Shown piece after piece: positions 51,128 to 64,000 of a DNA stretch of 64,000 nucleotides. The stretch is from Eledone cirrhosa. Lineage: Eukaryota. Location: assembly GCA_964016885.1 (NCBI GenBank), contig OZ024746.1, positions 102,176,001 to 102,240,000 of the forward strand, in the 5' to 3' direction. The position numbers and the translations under genes were made by a program. Under the pieces are notes generated by a model. The model had not been told where the DNA came from and made no database searches. It saw nothing but the letters and a program-made list of their open reading frames with translations. Within the stretch, counting starts at the first letter, position 1, and each line of letters begins with the position of its first letter.

Positions 51128-51327
51128 ATAATAATTGTTTCTACTTTTAGCACAAGGCCAGCAAATATCCCAGTGTATTATTGGTACTCTATTTTATCGA
51201 CCCCGTAAGGATGAAAGGCAAAGTTAACCTCGGCGGGATTTGAACTCGGTCCGTAAAGGGATGTAACTGTGCTGCAAAGCATGGCGTCCGACCCTCTACC
51301 GATACTGCCAATCCACCGCCCTGCCAA
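51128..51327 (-). mobile_element. Near-complete SINE
   Basis: Minus strand GGCAGGGCGGTGGATTGGCAGTATCGGTAGAG..GAGTTCAAATCCCGCCGAGGTTAACTTTGCCTTTCATCC..; close copy at 60655-60850 and partial copy at 59923-60015. Confidence 0.85.
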
Positions 51328-52199
51328 ATAATAATGGTAGTGAGTCGGGGTGAGGGATCTAGGGTAGTTAGCGAGGTTATAAAATAAAATCCACAAATTT
51401 TGGCCATAATCGAACGAGCATATAACTGTAATAAGAGAAGAATTATGGGATTTTAAAATACAATAAGATTATTTTGAACGATCAGACAGAATTATCGAAT
51501 AGCATTGAAAAAGAAAAGATTAGATTCTGGACGATATGATACAGATAGATGAATGGACTGGGGAAGTGTAGCTAAAATCAGTTTAATGTTGGGCCTTATA
51601 GTATTTTGTTTTCTTTCTATGTTGAACATCAACGAACATAAATACCAAAGATATATCGGAAGGGTTTCAAATAAACTTGTTGTCGACTGCCAAAGTAAAG
51701 CAAACAATAATAGGATCTCATGTCATTAGGAAAAAATGTTTTGATTTATAGCTGAATCTGTTTAAGAATTAGAGAACATCCTAGCACAGAAGCAAAGTCT
51801 AGAAACCTTAAGTCTTGAAGTCAGCAGAACATAAGATTCTACAGTAACATAGGAGTGGTTGTACTCAATATGTTGTGTAATCAAAGTAAAGTATGGCTAC
51901 AGGAGAGATATAGTGGAATCACAAACAAAGAATACGGAAGAAAAGCTTTGTATACATCAGTGCACAGAAATAATAAGCAGTCAAGATATATATACTATTA
52001 TATTTTCATGGTAAAGGCTTTACCTCGCATAATTATCTCACATATCGAATCAATGAGATTTTGAAATTATTTTGAGAACAATTCCATAACATCAGTTTGA
52101 GCGACCAGTTACAGCCAGTTTCAACAGAAAGAGGTAGAGAATTCTGGCCAGTTTGAACATTAAAGGGTTAAATATAGCAGTTGATAGTTTCTATAACTG

Positions 52200-52560
52200 T
52201 GGAAATAGGTGTTCAGAAAGCATTGTAGCTAGTGTGAGGACAGGGTAGAGGGAGCTACTGCTACAGTTGACAAGAAAGGGCTTCTCTTTTCAAGTGAAGG
52301 AGAGTCACTTGTGTATGAAGTCTGACAGTGAAAAATAGGTTTTGAGCATGAATGATGAAGCACAAATGACCTGAGAAAAATATTGGGGTATAAGAGGAAT
52401 GAGATGTGCAAGAGAGAAGATTAAATGGGATAAGAAGGATGGTAGTTGAGTAGAGATGTGTTCAGTGATCCACGTAAAAAGAACTGACAAAACTGGAAGA
52501 ATTGTCCTACTTATGCTAACATGATAAAAATGGACATATGACGATGATTCAGCAAGAGTT
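52200..52560 (+). mobile_element. Very decayed RTE C-terminal fragment
   Basis: Resembles the RELLPLL..KGFSL..GRLY region of the other copies. Confidence 0.55.
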
Positions 52561-53894
52561 TGACCCTCCACATAAACCAAGCCTGACATCTCACAATTGG
52601 GAGAGAAGAAAATGTGTTCTAAGAACATCACACAGGTAATAACTCTTCAAACATTCTAACATACTTTAATGGCTTTAATGATTATTTTCCCCAACAAAAT
52701 TTACAGCCAATATGATGGCAAATGTCATAATTGAAAGGTTACACATGAGATATTTCTGTTGCAGCTGTTTCACTAGAAATGTCATCCCTAGTTTATTTTG
52801 CATTAATCCTATGAACATTAGATACTAATGCTCTTACAACCTATTGTATTTAGTTTCCTGTGATCTTCTCAATGTATTACACTTACCTTTGTATCAGCTG
52901 GTAGTGTGAAGGAGTGTAGCCTAGTGGTTAGGGTGTTGAGTTATTGATTGGAAGATCATAGATTCAGTTCTAATGTTGAGTGACATGTAGTTGAACAAGG
53001 TATTTCATTTGACATAGCTCCAGTTCAGTCACCTGAAACAAGTACCAGCAGCTTCCACTGGATGGCTATCCCATTCCAGGGAATTTTTTACACTTAGTCA
53101 TTAACCTTATTGCTACCCACTTGAAACAATCACCCCTTTAAAAACTATTTCATAAAATAACTTAACACCAGCTAAATAATGAAACAGTTTAGTAAATTCC
53201 ATCATATTCTTCATTAATGAATTAAAATAATGTGTACTTTTCAAGAAATATGATCATAAAAGGGTCAATGCCACATGAAATTGGGATAAACCTCAGCCTC
53301 AGGAAATCATACGATCAAGAAATACCATTTTTAATTATTCACTAGTAATAGTTAACTTAGGGAGCTGGCTTGATAGCGAAATTAATTGTACACTCATATT
53401 TTTCAGAACTCTAGCATCCAATAAATTTATTTATCCAATGGCTTTACTATTTCTTTTTACTTCGTTCAACTTTCTCTTTATATAAATAATCTGTGTCCAT
53501 TGGTTTCTATCATAAACAGTGGTCCCCATCAAAAGTATTTATTATATCAAACCCAATATCATAAGGGATGTGAGACAAGTCAATCTTGTTATAAAGATTA
53601 AAAAGTCAGAACAAAATATTTTTGTTCATATCAGAGGCAGGTGGAAGCTGCCTACAGAGCTGTACAGTAGTACCGAACATGGAATCATGTAACTGGGAAA
53701 AACTTTGCACTGTTGCTGAATATGGAACATACTTTATGCATCAAGGATACAAGCTTTGGATTGAGATTTAAGCTGATCTGCTGTTTATTTATTAATACAT
53801 TGTCCATAGAGTCCAAATAGTTTTGAAAATAATCAAGAATTTGGAGAGATTTAATAATATATCTGACAAAATTATGATGGATTTTAGATAAATA

Positions 53895-56800
53895 CTAGCA
53901 TAGGCACCTGGCGTTGCTCAGGAATGAAATTGTTCCTTACATATTAAAAGACAAGAGCAAAATATGTTGTATAGAAATGTGTTATTCTAAATTCAATTTA
54001 TTCTTCAATTGGGACACACGATGAAATCAATTCTGAGTTCATAAAAAAAAATAATTGTTGTGAGCAAAATAAATTTCCAATTTCATGGAGGAGGAGGAGG
54101 GGGAGGGCTAAGAAAGGGACGTGTGTGTGTTCACCTTTAACCAAAGGAGGCAAATGTTAGGAAAAATAAGTAAAGGTAAACCGGGCTTGTTAAGAAGAGC
54201 GATAACGTACCTGTCTGTCCACTGTAGCACTTATAACACTGTTTTAGCGGATGCTGGACGATTTGAATTTACCATTGCGGTAGCCGTCAAACAATTTCAA
54301 GTAGGGCCCCTTAAATAGGGTTGTGTGTGCGTTCACTGACAGCCCTAAAAATGAGGGGTCACCACCAACAATTTTGGCCCTAAAAAGGGCCGTTTGATCG
54401 TTCACTTGCAACCCTTGAAAGGACTTTGACTGCGTCCTCCAACGGCCGCAAAAAGGACTTCAGTTGCGTTCATTGGCAGCCATTAGAATGACTGTATGTG
54501 TTCAAGATTTGTTCAGCCCGCCTTAAATTGCCGCGCTGATTGTCAAGCTGGGTTCCTCTCTGAAGGCATCACCTTAAACCGAGGGAAACATGTTTTAGTT
54601 AAGAGACTGTTTAAAAGCTCATCAGGCTGGCTAAAGAAATGGTGATTACGGACCTATCTCCTCGCTGTTGCATTTACAACACCTCGTAAACGGTATTTCT
54701 TGTTTTTCCTCGGCGTGCAAATGCGAAATGACTTTCCCTGCTGCCCACTTTAGAGCACCCAACGTACAATTGTCCGTGGGAGAAACACGGTTCTTCCAGA
54801 AGAATTCCGGCTCTGGGACTTGTTGATGGACATAGCAAAACTGACCCGAAGCGGAAATTGGAGTCTTCGGAAGGTGAACGGAATTTCTGCTCCCGAGGGA
54901 ATGAGAGGAATTCTCGGAATGAAGACATCACTTTTTCCGCACCCAGAAAGGATTGTTGCCTCGATTACAGCCGTGTCCCGTTGCACAGTCTTGGTGGTTC
55001 CAAATTCTGCAGCAGCATTACAGGGGTCCCAACTTTAAGGAGAAACATGTGAAGCGGTAGTCTTGGGGACTCCAAAGAATTGAGGAACTCCGGCAGAAAG
55101 TTCACCACTTCATCTCAACAGATTTGTAAGTGTGAAGAACACCAGGAAGGGAGTGCAGTAGTTGGTCGTTGGTTTCGTTAACAGCGACGTTTTTTTGAGC
55201 TAGCACTGCTCTTTCACACAACCATGCGTGGTTCTGGTAATTGTTTCTCACATCTGGAAACACTTTGTCTTTCAGCTCCCCCGCAGAATTAACTGAGGTC
55301 GAAAATGGTCACACTCCCAGCTCTCCTGCAGCGTCCAGAGGTATTTTGCCATCACCAAGTTTCAAAATGTCCTGTGCAAATTCCGCGAACATTTGGTCGC
55401 CGTGTAATTGAGCTCTCATGTTGGTTGTAAGAATCAGTGTCCTGACATAGCGCCACAGAGGAGAGGACTTTAGGCCTGCTTGGACCTCATCTGCTCTTGT
55501 GCCCTTGGGAATGACAGGAAGAGTCTGCCTGAAGTCACCCGAAAGCAGAAGCGTAACACCTCCCATGGGAACCTGGCAGTCTCTGATGTCCTTTAGAGCT
55601 CTGTTTAATGCATCCAGAGCTCCCTTATGGACCATGGTGCAATCATCCCACACAATGAGCTAACATCGTTTTAGGACTTGGCCCTGGTCGGAGGTCTTGC
55701 TGATGCTGCAAGTAGGCGTTTCTGACAAATTGAGAGGCAATTTAAAACTGAAGTGTGCGGTCTCTCCACCGAGCAACAAAATGGCAGCAATTCCAGAAGA
55801 GGCAACAGCAACCACAATGTCCTTGTGCATCCTGACTTTTGCAAGGAGGAGTCTCGTTAAAAAAGTTTTGCCTGTTCCTGCAGGAGCATCCAGAAAGAAC
55901 ATATCTCCTTTTCTGTGGCGCACATGGTCGGCAACAATGGTGTAAGCATGACGTTGGTCCGGAAAAAGTTGTGGTTCAGTTTCAAGGACGTACTTGGTAA
56001 GAGCATCGACGTTGTGGGACGTTTCTCGGAGAAGAGCTGTAGGAAGTATGTTTGACCTTGTACGGATTGTTTGAGGCAGATCATATGAGGGCAAATAATT
56101 TCTGCTGAGTGATGCAACTCTATCCTCTATGTCAATCAACGCTAGATTGAAGACCTTGTCGCTGGTACGTTCCACTGGTATTGCACTTGCGCCTGACGTT
56201 TGTAGTCCTCAGATAAGTCATCTTTATACTTTGAACCACAAAGAGATAGGATTACTCAGTTCGCAAGTTTGCAGCAGTACTGCAAATAGAGCTCGTAGGC
56301 GCATAGGCGATTGGGATGCAACAGCTTCGAACCGTCTTCTTGAAGCAAGCTTCCCTGTAAGTGCTGCACATGGAACCGTCGGCAGTTCTAAGGTCATGAA
56401 AGGACTGGGGTCCTCTTACCTCATGTAGCAGAAGATGGAGGTAGAAGCACTCATGTTGGTTCAGGTGCACAGTGTAAACTCTCCCTAGGCAACTGTCAAA
56501 CTTTATGCCAGGATGTCCATCAACAGGCTGACCTGCCTTTCTGCGAACCCATTGTTGTTTATTCCATGTCTAATAGGACGACACCTGAGGATACAGCAGG
56601 CTTTGAGCAAATGAATCGGCCTGACAAAGTTTGAAGAATGCAGTGAGTGTGGTTTCTCGTGGTTCCTCCACCATTTGAGCAGCATTAACGTCAGTGAAGT
56701 ACACTCTTTGGTGTATAGGGAAGCCGAAAATCCACCTAAAAGCCTCGTTGCTGCTGATGTAACGGCCAACTTGGTATTGCGTGACCTCATCACGGCTGTT

Positions 56801-59624
56801 GTCCTGTTGAAGACCGAACATAGCAACGTCTGAACCCTTATTCACAAATTTTCATATGTACTTGATTGACTTGACGGAATTACAGAACTCGACATTGATG
56901 TGAGCACCGAAGGTCTTGGAAAGAAATGGGCAGTATGACACTATCCATTTGTTGTCGACCTCGTGCTGTCCAGCTGTTGCTGTAAAACCACCGTCTCCGG
57001 GTTGGCGTCGCCTGTACAGTGGGTATCTGTCAATGCCAGTCTGGGTTTCTTGGAGGAACTTTCGGGGAAATCTTTTGCTGCAGACACTGTCGTTCAAGCA
57101 GGGTGAGCTTAAATTGAAACCCTGCCCACAGGTACCATGGACCATGTTTGTCTTCACTATGTCATAGAGGTCTTTGTCTATAGACGGATTGGGAAACTGT
57201 GGAGATGATGCTGTCAATGTAATTTGAAGATATATTTTTGTTGACAGCCAAATGAGGATGTGTACGTGCGGTAGGCCTCTCTTCTGCCACTCTATGGTGT
57301 ACATGTTGCACTTTACTGGGCCAAAGACTTGCCCTCTCTTGATGAGCTCCACAAGATTGATAAGCTTCAGCCGAAAGACTCGGGCCAGGAGGTCATGCCT
57401 GGCTTTGGCCTGTTGCCCTTGAACAGTTCTGCCCCGATCTCCTTCCACTTTGGATTACAAGTGAATGTGATGAACAGATCGGGCCTGCCGTAATGCTGTA
57501 CGTAGGTCATAGCATCCTGCTTTCTCTCGTGCATGTAGCGCGGACTTCCGGTGAAGGTGGAGGGGGAGAATGCAGACTTTTCCTATGCTGCTGGGAGCTG
57601 CGTCATTGTTGATGGCATCTCGGAGATGGATGCAGCTCTCGGACCGCAGTTGCCTTTGGTGTGACCGTATGAAACACAGTCTCTCCGATTCCATTTTTGC
57701 GCACATATCAACGGCCAATTGCTGAAGTAGGTCTCTTGACTGGTGCAGGTGATTGAAGGAATCGTGGCGAACCATGAAGCGGTAGGAGTAGAAATCAATG
57801 CATGAAACTGGTTTTTTGACGGAGTGTTGAGGGTTTACTGGATTATGCTGGTGAATTCCGTACTGATAGCCGTCCTCACCATTTACAAAGAGAAGTGGAT
57901 ACTGGAGCGCATCGTAAGACCTGTGTTTCGCTGATTCGCTGCATGCAGGATAATTATACCAACCCGGATGCTCCCCAGATTACATTTTCGAGGCATCAAT
58001 TACCACATTAAAATTGGCTGTGGTATCTGCTTCCAAGGCATACTTGAAGCTAATGACATAGCTGTTTTTTGTGTGCAGAATGTCTTGCAGTTTCCTTATA
58101 AGCTCGATGTTGGTACCAGGTGAAATGGAGTTCCTCATGGCTGCCTGCTCGTTGACATTCCCAACAAAGTACAGCTGAAGAAATTGAGGTTCTTGATTGG
58201 CGGCAGGTTGGAGTGATCCGATTCTATGGTACACCTGACCTTGCACCTTAAATGTGGGCATAAATCCGCCTTCCTTGACAATGTTCCCCCCGAAAGATGT
58301 CATTTGGAAAGCATAGTTATACCTCCGAATGTAAGTCAGGAAATGCCATGACTCCACAGTACTGCCTGAATATAAGGGCTTCAACGGTTGTGGTGGATCC
58401 TCCAGGGGACGTAATTTTAGTTTTCCATTTGCGCAACACAAGCCAGGTGTTTCTCCGGGCCACTTTTTTGCATTGCAGAAAGAGCACGTCTTTGACATAC
58501 TCCCAATTCGCATGTCTGGATGGCCACTAATCAAAGTCAGGATTGTACTCAAATGCTTTTAAGGACCATCGTGAGCAACACAGCCTTTAAATACCCTGCC
58601 CAAAGGCCCTTCGTTGAGCATTACACTGTAGTCGAATGTCTCGTTCTTGCGAAGTCTGTGTAGCTCGCACAGCAGCAGTATTCGCAGCTGGTCTTCCGTC
58701 TCGGCAGCTCATGCAACATCAGCGGTTCAGCGAATGGTTCGTTGGTGGTTGTCTGTTTCAAGTGCTCTTCTGGTGGCAGCACGTTTAGCATCTTGCGACC
58801 GTCGAATAGCAGATTCCACTGACGATTTGTTTGCCCGCCCTGATCTTGTTGCTGCTTTCGCAGTTTTTCGGCCAATGGAGTATCTCTTCCTTCGAAGCAT
58901 GACCTAAAAGCAGGACGAAGTACACTGAAACTCACTGGTAGAGTAAGGAGTAAACTCGTCAGTGAATTAAAAACCAATGCATGTGATTTCCGAACAGTTG
59001 ACTATGTAATTTCTAAGCCATGAGTGCCGTCTTAACCGAGGTATGGATAGGGAGAGGGGTCACAATAAGAGCAGCGGTTGGAATGAGTGTAAGTTAGTGA
59101 ATATGTTGTCACTGAAAAAAATGGCGTAAGTGAAACGCCACATGCACGTACACACGTTAATAGATTTAACTCTTAGTGGAATGCTGCACGAACACACGCA
59201 CACATGTTAATTAGTTATAGCTTTCCTTCCCCTCTTCCACTGTCATGTATCAAACACAGCGTCTGTCACTCTCTCTCTCCCGCTATCCCCCTCTTTTAGT
59301 CTGTTTCTTTCACTCTTTCTAACTCACATTTCTCCCCTCTATCGAAAAACGCTGTGGCAAATGGGGAGATGGAGGAGGAGTAGAGAATCACTTCGTCACT
59401 TCGCCCCTCCGTTTCTTTCTCTCCCCTCTCACTCCCTCATTATGTAGACATTGGCCACTTCACTAATTCGATCCCTAGAACTAAATAATTTGAAATTTTT
59501 TTTGCTCAAAACACTCACAGGGCCATACGTATTACATGTGTAAAGTTTGAAAAAAAAACGGTTAGGTACTTGTCGAGTTTTAGGAAAACAGATACACAGA
59601 CATTCTTTGTTTTATATATATAGA
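53895..59624 (-). mobile_element. Near-complete autonomous-type Helitron with a disrupted RepHel gene
   Basis: 5' TCTATATATATAAAA at 59624; 3' CCTGAGCAACGCCAGG hairpin + CTAG|T at 53895. Coding remnants from ~58900 to 54674: CSFCNAKKW..CCANG, YTIEWQKRGLPHVHIL (HUH), DNKWIVSY..HINVEFC..KYI, FLDAPAGTGKTFL (Walker A), GDFRQTLPV, QFPLRVSFAMSINKSQ, FSHGQLYV. Confidence 0.96.
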
Positions 59625-61390
59625 CTAGCAGAAAACCACCCGGTGGGCGGTTTTCTGCTAGCAAATCTAGTGTATATACTGATATTGTTGAGATTTGGAT
59701 GAGAAATGTTTTCAGCACCACATGTTCACCGTCTCTCGGTGTGTCTTTTATGCATGTATAAATATATATGTTATCTATACGGTGAAATCTTTGAAATAAA
59801 TATATGTTAAAACGAAAAAGGAGAAAAAGAGATTAGTGACGGAAATATAAACGTTATGATATAACGATGGAAATATATAAACGTTTACGATAAAACGATG
59901 GAAATAGAAACGTTTATATATAATTGTTTCTACTTTAGGCACAAGGCCAGCAATCGACCCCGTAAGGATGAAAGGCAAAGTCAAACTCGGCGGGATTTGA
60001 ACTCAGATCGTAAAGAAACGTTTATATATAATGATAAGCCGAAACACTCGTAAAGCAAAACGTATAAATAAAGATTAATGTAATGAATTTGAAAAGTATA
60101 GAGATTTGAAACCACGTCTATTTGTTTCCTTGGCATTTTTTACAGCCGGACAGACAAACAAACAGAGAAATGCCCATTATATATTATAAGTAGACTTGGC
60201 ATGGTGTCAAGTCAGAACCGCCTCGAACTGGTTACTTCTGGCTTGTGCAAGGTGTCTATAGCAACCAGCGATTCCCTCGGCCTCAGTGGAGAGGGGAAGG
60301 TAATGTTTCTATTGCGACAGTGTTTCTCTTGGTAGTACCAAAGTGGAAGGTAATATTTCTGTAGCACCTACATTTGAGTTTTAGGGAAGGACAGACAGAC
60401 AGACAAACAGAGAAATGCCCATATATTTCTGTGTGTGTATATATATATATATATTTCTGTGTGTATATATATATATATATTACACACACAGAAATGTATA
60501 TATATATTACACACACAGAAATGTATATATATTTCTTAGAACAAAATTATTATTAATGTTTTGCTATTCATAACAATTGGAATTGAAAAATTACTTTTGA
60601 AATTATTAGTTTATTTTACTAATGCTTAGATATGTAAAAATGAGGCAATGTTTCTAATAATTGTTTCTACTTTTGGCACAAGGCCAGCAATTACCCAGTA
60701 CATTACTGGTACTTTATTTTATCGACCCTGTGCGGATGAAAGGCAAAGTTAACCTCGGCGGTATTTGAACTCAGACCGTAAAGGGACGTAACTCCATGCT
60801 ATGAAGCATGGTGTCCGACTCTCTACAGATTCTGCCAATCCACCGCCCTAATGTCTGTACGTAATGAGTGAGTGAGAGGGGAGAGAAAGAAAGGCAGAGG
60901 TGAAGTATCGAAGTGACTCTCTCCTCCTCCTCCATCTCCCCATTCGTCACAGCGATAGAGGGGAGGAATGTTAGTGTGAGAAAGAGTGAGAGTGAGAGAA
61001 ACAGACAGACTAAAAGAGAGGGATAGCTGGAGAGAGAGAGAGAGAGAGAGATAGCAACAGATACAGTACAGTAGCTAAGGGATGTATATATATTTCTCTG
61101 TGTATATATATATACACATTTCCGTGTGTATATATATATATATTACACACACAGAAATGTATATATATTTCTGTGTGTGTATATATATATATATATATTA
61201 CACACACACAGAAATGTATATATGTTTCTGTAGCACTCCTCAATTCCCCCTCCCGCTATCCCCCTCTTGTAGTATGTCTCTTTCTTTCACTCTCTCTCTA
61301 CGCGTGCGCAAAAAACATTTGCACGCGCACACGTGTTTCCACTGTCGGACAGACAGGCAGAGAAATTGCTGGTTATATATTATAAGGAGA
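59625..61390 (-). mobile_element. Non-autonomous Helitron-like unit(s) with SINE inserts and CA/TA microsatellites
   Basis: 5'-like ends TCTCCTTATAATATATAA (61390) and TCTACTTATAATATATAA (60194), each followed by CATTTCTCTG/CAATTTCTCTG..TGTCTGTCC; CTAG at 59625-59628. Contains segments homologous to 59270-59450. Confidence 0.65.
60655..60850 (-). mobile_element. Near-complete SINE
   Basis: Aligns by eye with 51128-51327. Confidence 0.85.
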
Positions 61391-61734
61391 TAGACACTTT
61401 AAAATAGTTAGAACCAGGAGTGGTTTCAGACAGTTTGGTATTAAAATGGTTAACAATGTAGACAACTCAGTTATATATTAGGTGGAGTTTACATCTAGAT
61501 TAGGATGTGATCAGTTGTCAGTGTAGCACAACCAAAATCCTGATGTTCCCAAATGTTAACATACAATATTCATGTGCATACAAATAGTGGAATACAAGGT
61601 TATAAAATCAAACTAACCATGACAATCCAATATATTAACCCCCTGTCATACCTACCTGAAACCATTCCAGGTTCTCCTCTTTGTTTTAACATGTTTATAT
61701 TGATCCCATTATAATTTTATCTAAGAACCTTTAA

Positions 61735-64000
61735 CCCTTTAGCATTCACATTGAATTGTCAAATGTCATGTTCATCTATTCGCATTATTTTCACTACTCA
61801 AGAGGGTTATCAATTTTATTTGTTTGTAATTACTTTAATTTTCTATGTGCAGACTTGAAATTTTGTCAGTAGATGTTTAAATAACTATAATTTACAATTA
61901 TATATTTTTACCTGATTTTTTTTTTTTTAATTTTACTTTTATGGGCAGGTGAAATTAATTAACAGGTGTAAAAGTAATAACTTTATGGATAAACACAAAC
62001 ATTTAAACTTTATCTGCCTTACCTGTTAGATTTGTTGCATAAAAATCCAATAATGACCTAGATGCTGATTTCCATCAATTCTAGCAGTTTTCTGAACAGG
62101 TGAATTAATTAAAAATGCAGGTGTAATCAGTACAAGGTTTTAGTCTTTCTCTACATTCCAGGCAAATATTTTCATTGAAAAAAATGTATAAAACCTTTTC
62201 ACCAGTCAAAATAATATTGGCAATGTACGGGTGTAAATTCATGTAACAGAATGTTCCCAATATATAAGTTCATTAACAGGTGTGACACAGGTGAATGCAG
62301 GTGTTTTTGTATATGTGTTCTAATATATTTTAAAAATATTGTTTTCAATATTGTCAGACAATATTTCTATCGTGATACTGCCCAAAACACCCTTTACATA
62401 ATGGCACTTTGCAAAAGGAACACATAAATAGGGTTTGGATTGCGTAACCTTTAACAGTTTTTCTCATTTGCAAAGAGCACAATCGGCAAACCTTCCTCCT
62501 ACCATCAATTCTCTCCACTTTGTGAAAAATCAATATTTTCTTTGTGAACCACTGCTAATTTTAATTTTTTCCCAGCTTTGTGTTTGCAAGAAGTATATCC
62601 TCCACGTAGCTAGGATGCAATGTCCACGCGAAACTTCATATGACAGTAGTTCTTTGGTGGTGGCGGATCCTTGAGGCTTTTAGTAAATACAATAAAAGAA
62701 TTCACAATGGTTAAATTCACTAAAAACCACAAGATGTACCTCCACCATTTCTTTCCAGGGCGTCCAACTGGGTAATATGCACAATACTGGTCAGATTTGA
62801 CAACCCCACCCATATATTTATTGTAGGAGAGATTAACTAAAGGTCTACCCTCAGCCCCAACACCTGGTTGTTGGTTAGAACTCAGGAACAAAATTTGCCG
62901 TTTGTCTTTGAACACTGTGGCTAACATGTTCCCTTTTTGCATTTGGAGAATGTCCCCTCTGTTTTTCAGTTTCGCAACTTTTATTTCTTGGGGTAGCCCT
63001 TTCCGATTGCTCATTATTGTGCCGCAGGTGTACGTATTTACAAGGGCAAGATCCTCTGCTAAAAGCACCGTAGAAAAAAAATGGTCAAAATATATATGTC
63101 TGTGTTGAGAGTGGAAGGGTTGAGTCAGTGACCACACAACATCGTAACCCAACCAGTGTTTTCTCTCTCCGTTATGTTTTTTTCCTGTGTAAACATCAAA
63201 GTTTACACAGTATCCTGTGTCCGATTCACACAGTTCCCACACTTTGATGCCCCATTTGGTGGGTTTAGCTGGCATATACTGTCTGAAATGAACCCTACCC
63301 TTATACCCAATCATAGCTTTATCAACATTAAGATTTTTTCCAGGTATATACACACTTTTAAATTTTTCTGACATTTCAATTAATGGTCGTACTTTGTACA
63401 GTGGGTCGTAATTTGATTCATTTCTACCAGGGGCATTTGAAGTATCAACCAGATGCAAATACTGGTTTAATTTGATGAATCTCGTTTTTGCCATAATACT
63501 AGATATATAAGGGTCACCAAACCTTATATCAGTACTCCAATAATTCCAGTCATGGAAATTGTTTAATACCAAACAATATTTATGCTAAAAAACGCTTTCA
63601 TTTCGGCAGAATCTGTCGAACGCCATAACAGATCGGGTATTCCGATATTAGAAATTTGTTGTTGTGCATAGCGATTTGTCTCTTCTGCCACAACGTCAAA
63701 GAAAGTTTGTGGTAAAAATAAAAAATAAATAATCCAGTGCTTTAGCATTGGGTGGTAATGTGTGTTGTGGTCCAGTATTTTCAGTAAAATCCGAAACATC
63801 GGTGTTGTTTCTTTCAACCACGCTGGTGTTTTTTCAATGGTGTCAGTCAAATCTTCTTTTTCACTTTCAAAGTGACTATCATCATCATCAGATATATCAG
63901 AAATAAATATATCTGATTCGTTTGAAGATAAATCACTGATATTATCTTCTGTTTCTTTTTGATCTCGAATGTCGTCGGACGTAAAACCTTCAAATTCGTT
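61735..64000 (-). mobile_element. piggyBac-superfamily transposon with a disrupted transposase; 5' end off the window
   Basis: TTAA|CCCTTTAGCATTC terminus at 61735. Coding remnants from beyond 64000 to 62354: acidic N-terminus, EETNRYA, DPLYKVRPL, VDKAMIGYKG, YMPAKPTKWGIK, YFDHFFST, YNKYMGGVVKSDQ, KKWWRYI and a C-terminal Cys-rich CRLC..CSFCKVPLC..CF..YH. Frameshifts near 63570 and 62600. Confidence 0.93.

Noticed and set aside
62354-64000. Domesticated PGBD gene
   Set aside because: Frameshifts, loss of a catalytic Asp and a retained TTAA terminus indicate a decayed transposon.

Overview
Eukaryotic, AT-rich, repeat-dense genomic DNA. The SINE/LINE/MITE complement is of the type I recognise from octopus/coleoid cephalopods (inference, not a database result). 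1-13510 is the end of a >13.5-kb 24-bp minisatellite with higher-order duplications; its ORFs are artefacts of the 24-bp period. The host gene, which the ORF track only partly captures, is a spliced FAM120A/OSSA-family gene on the minus strand: 13 phase-consistent GT-AG exons from 41422 to 19333 (1753 nt coding), with the 5' exons apparently beyond 64000 and the terminal exon unresolved. Its introns and flanks hold many decayed RTE-clade LINEs with a C4HC3 PHD-type finger inserted after the RT core, a near-complete Helitron at the end of a head-to-tail train of Helitron-like units, a second Helitron remnant abutting the satellite, a non-autonomous Helitron, a deleted mariner, a piggyBac with related TTAA MITEs, and SINEs. 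The most notable observations are the PHD-in-RT LINE architecture, the possible Helitron origin of the satellite, the CTAG|TC Helitron junctions, an inverted LINE pair around an in-frame 1023-nt exon block, and a LINE ending in TTAGGG repeats. All coordinates were read by eye; exon boundaries were checked by translation, and repeat boundaries are approximate.
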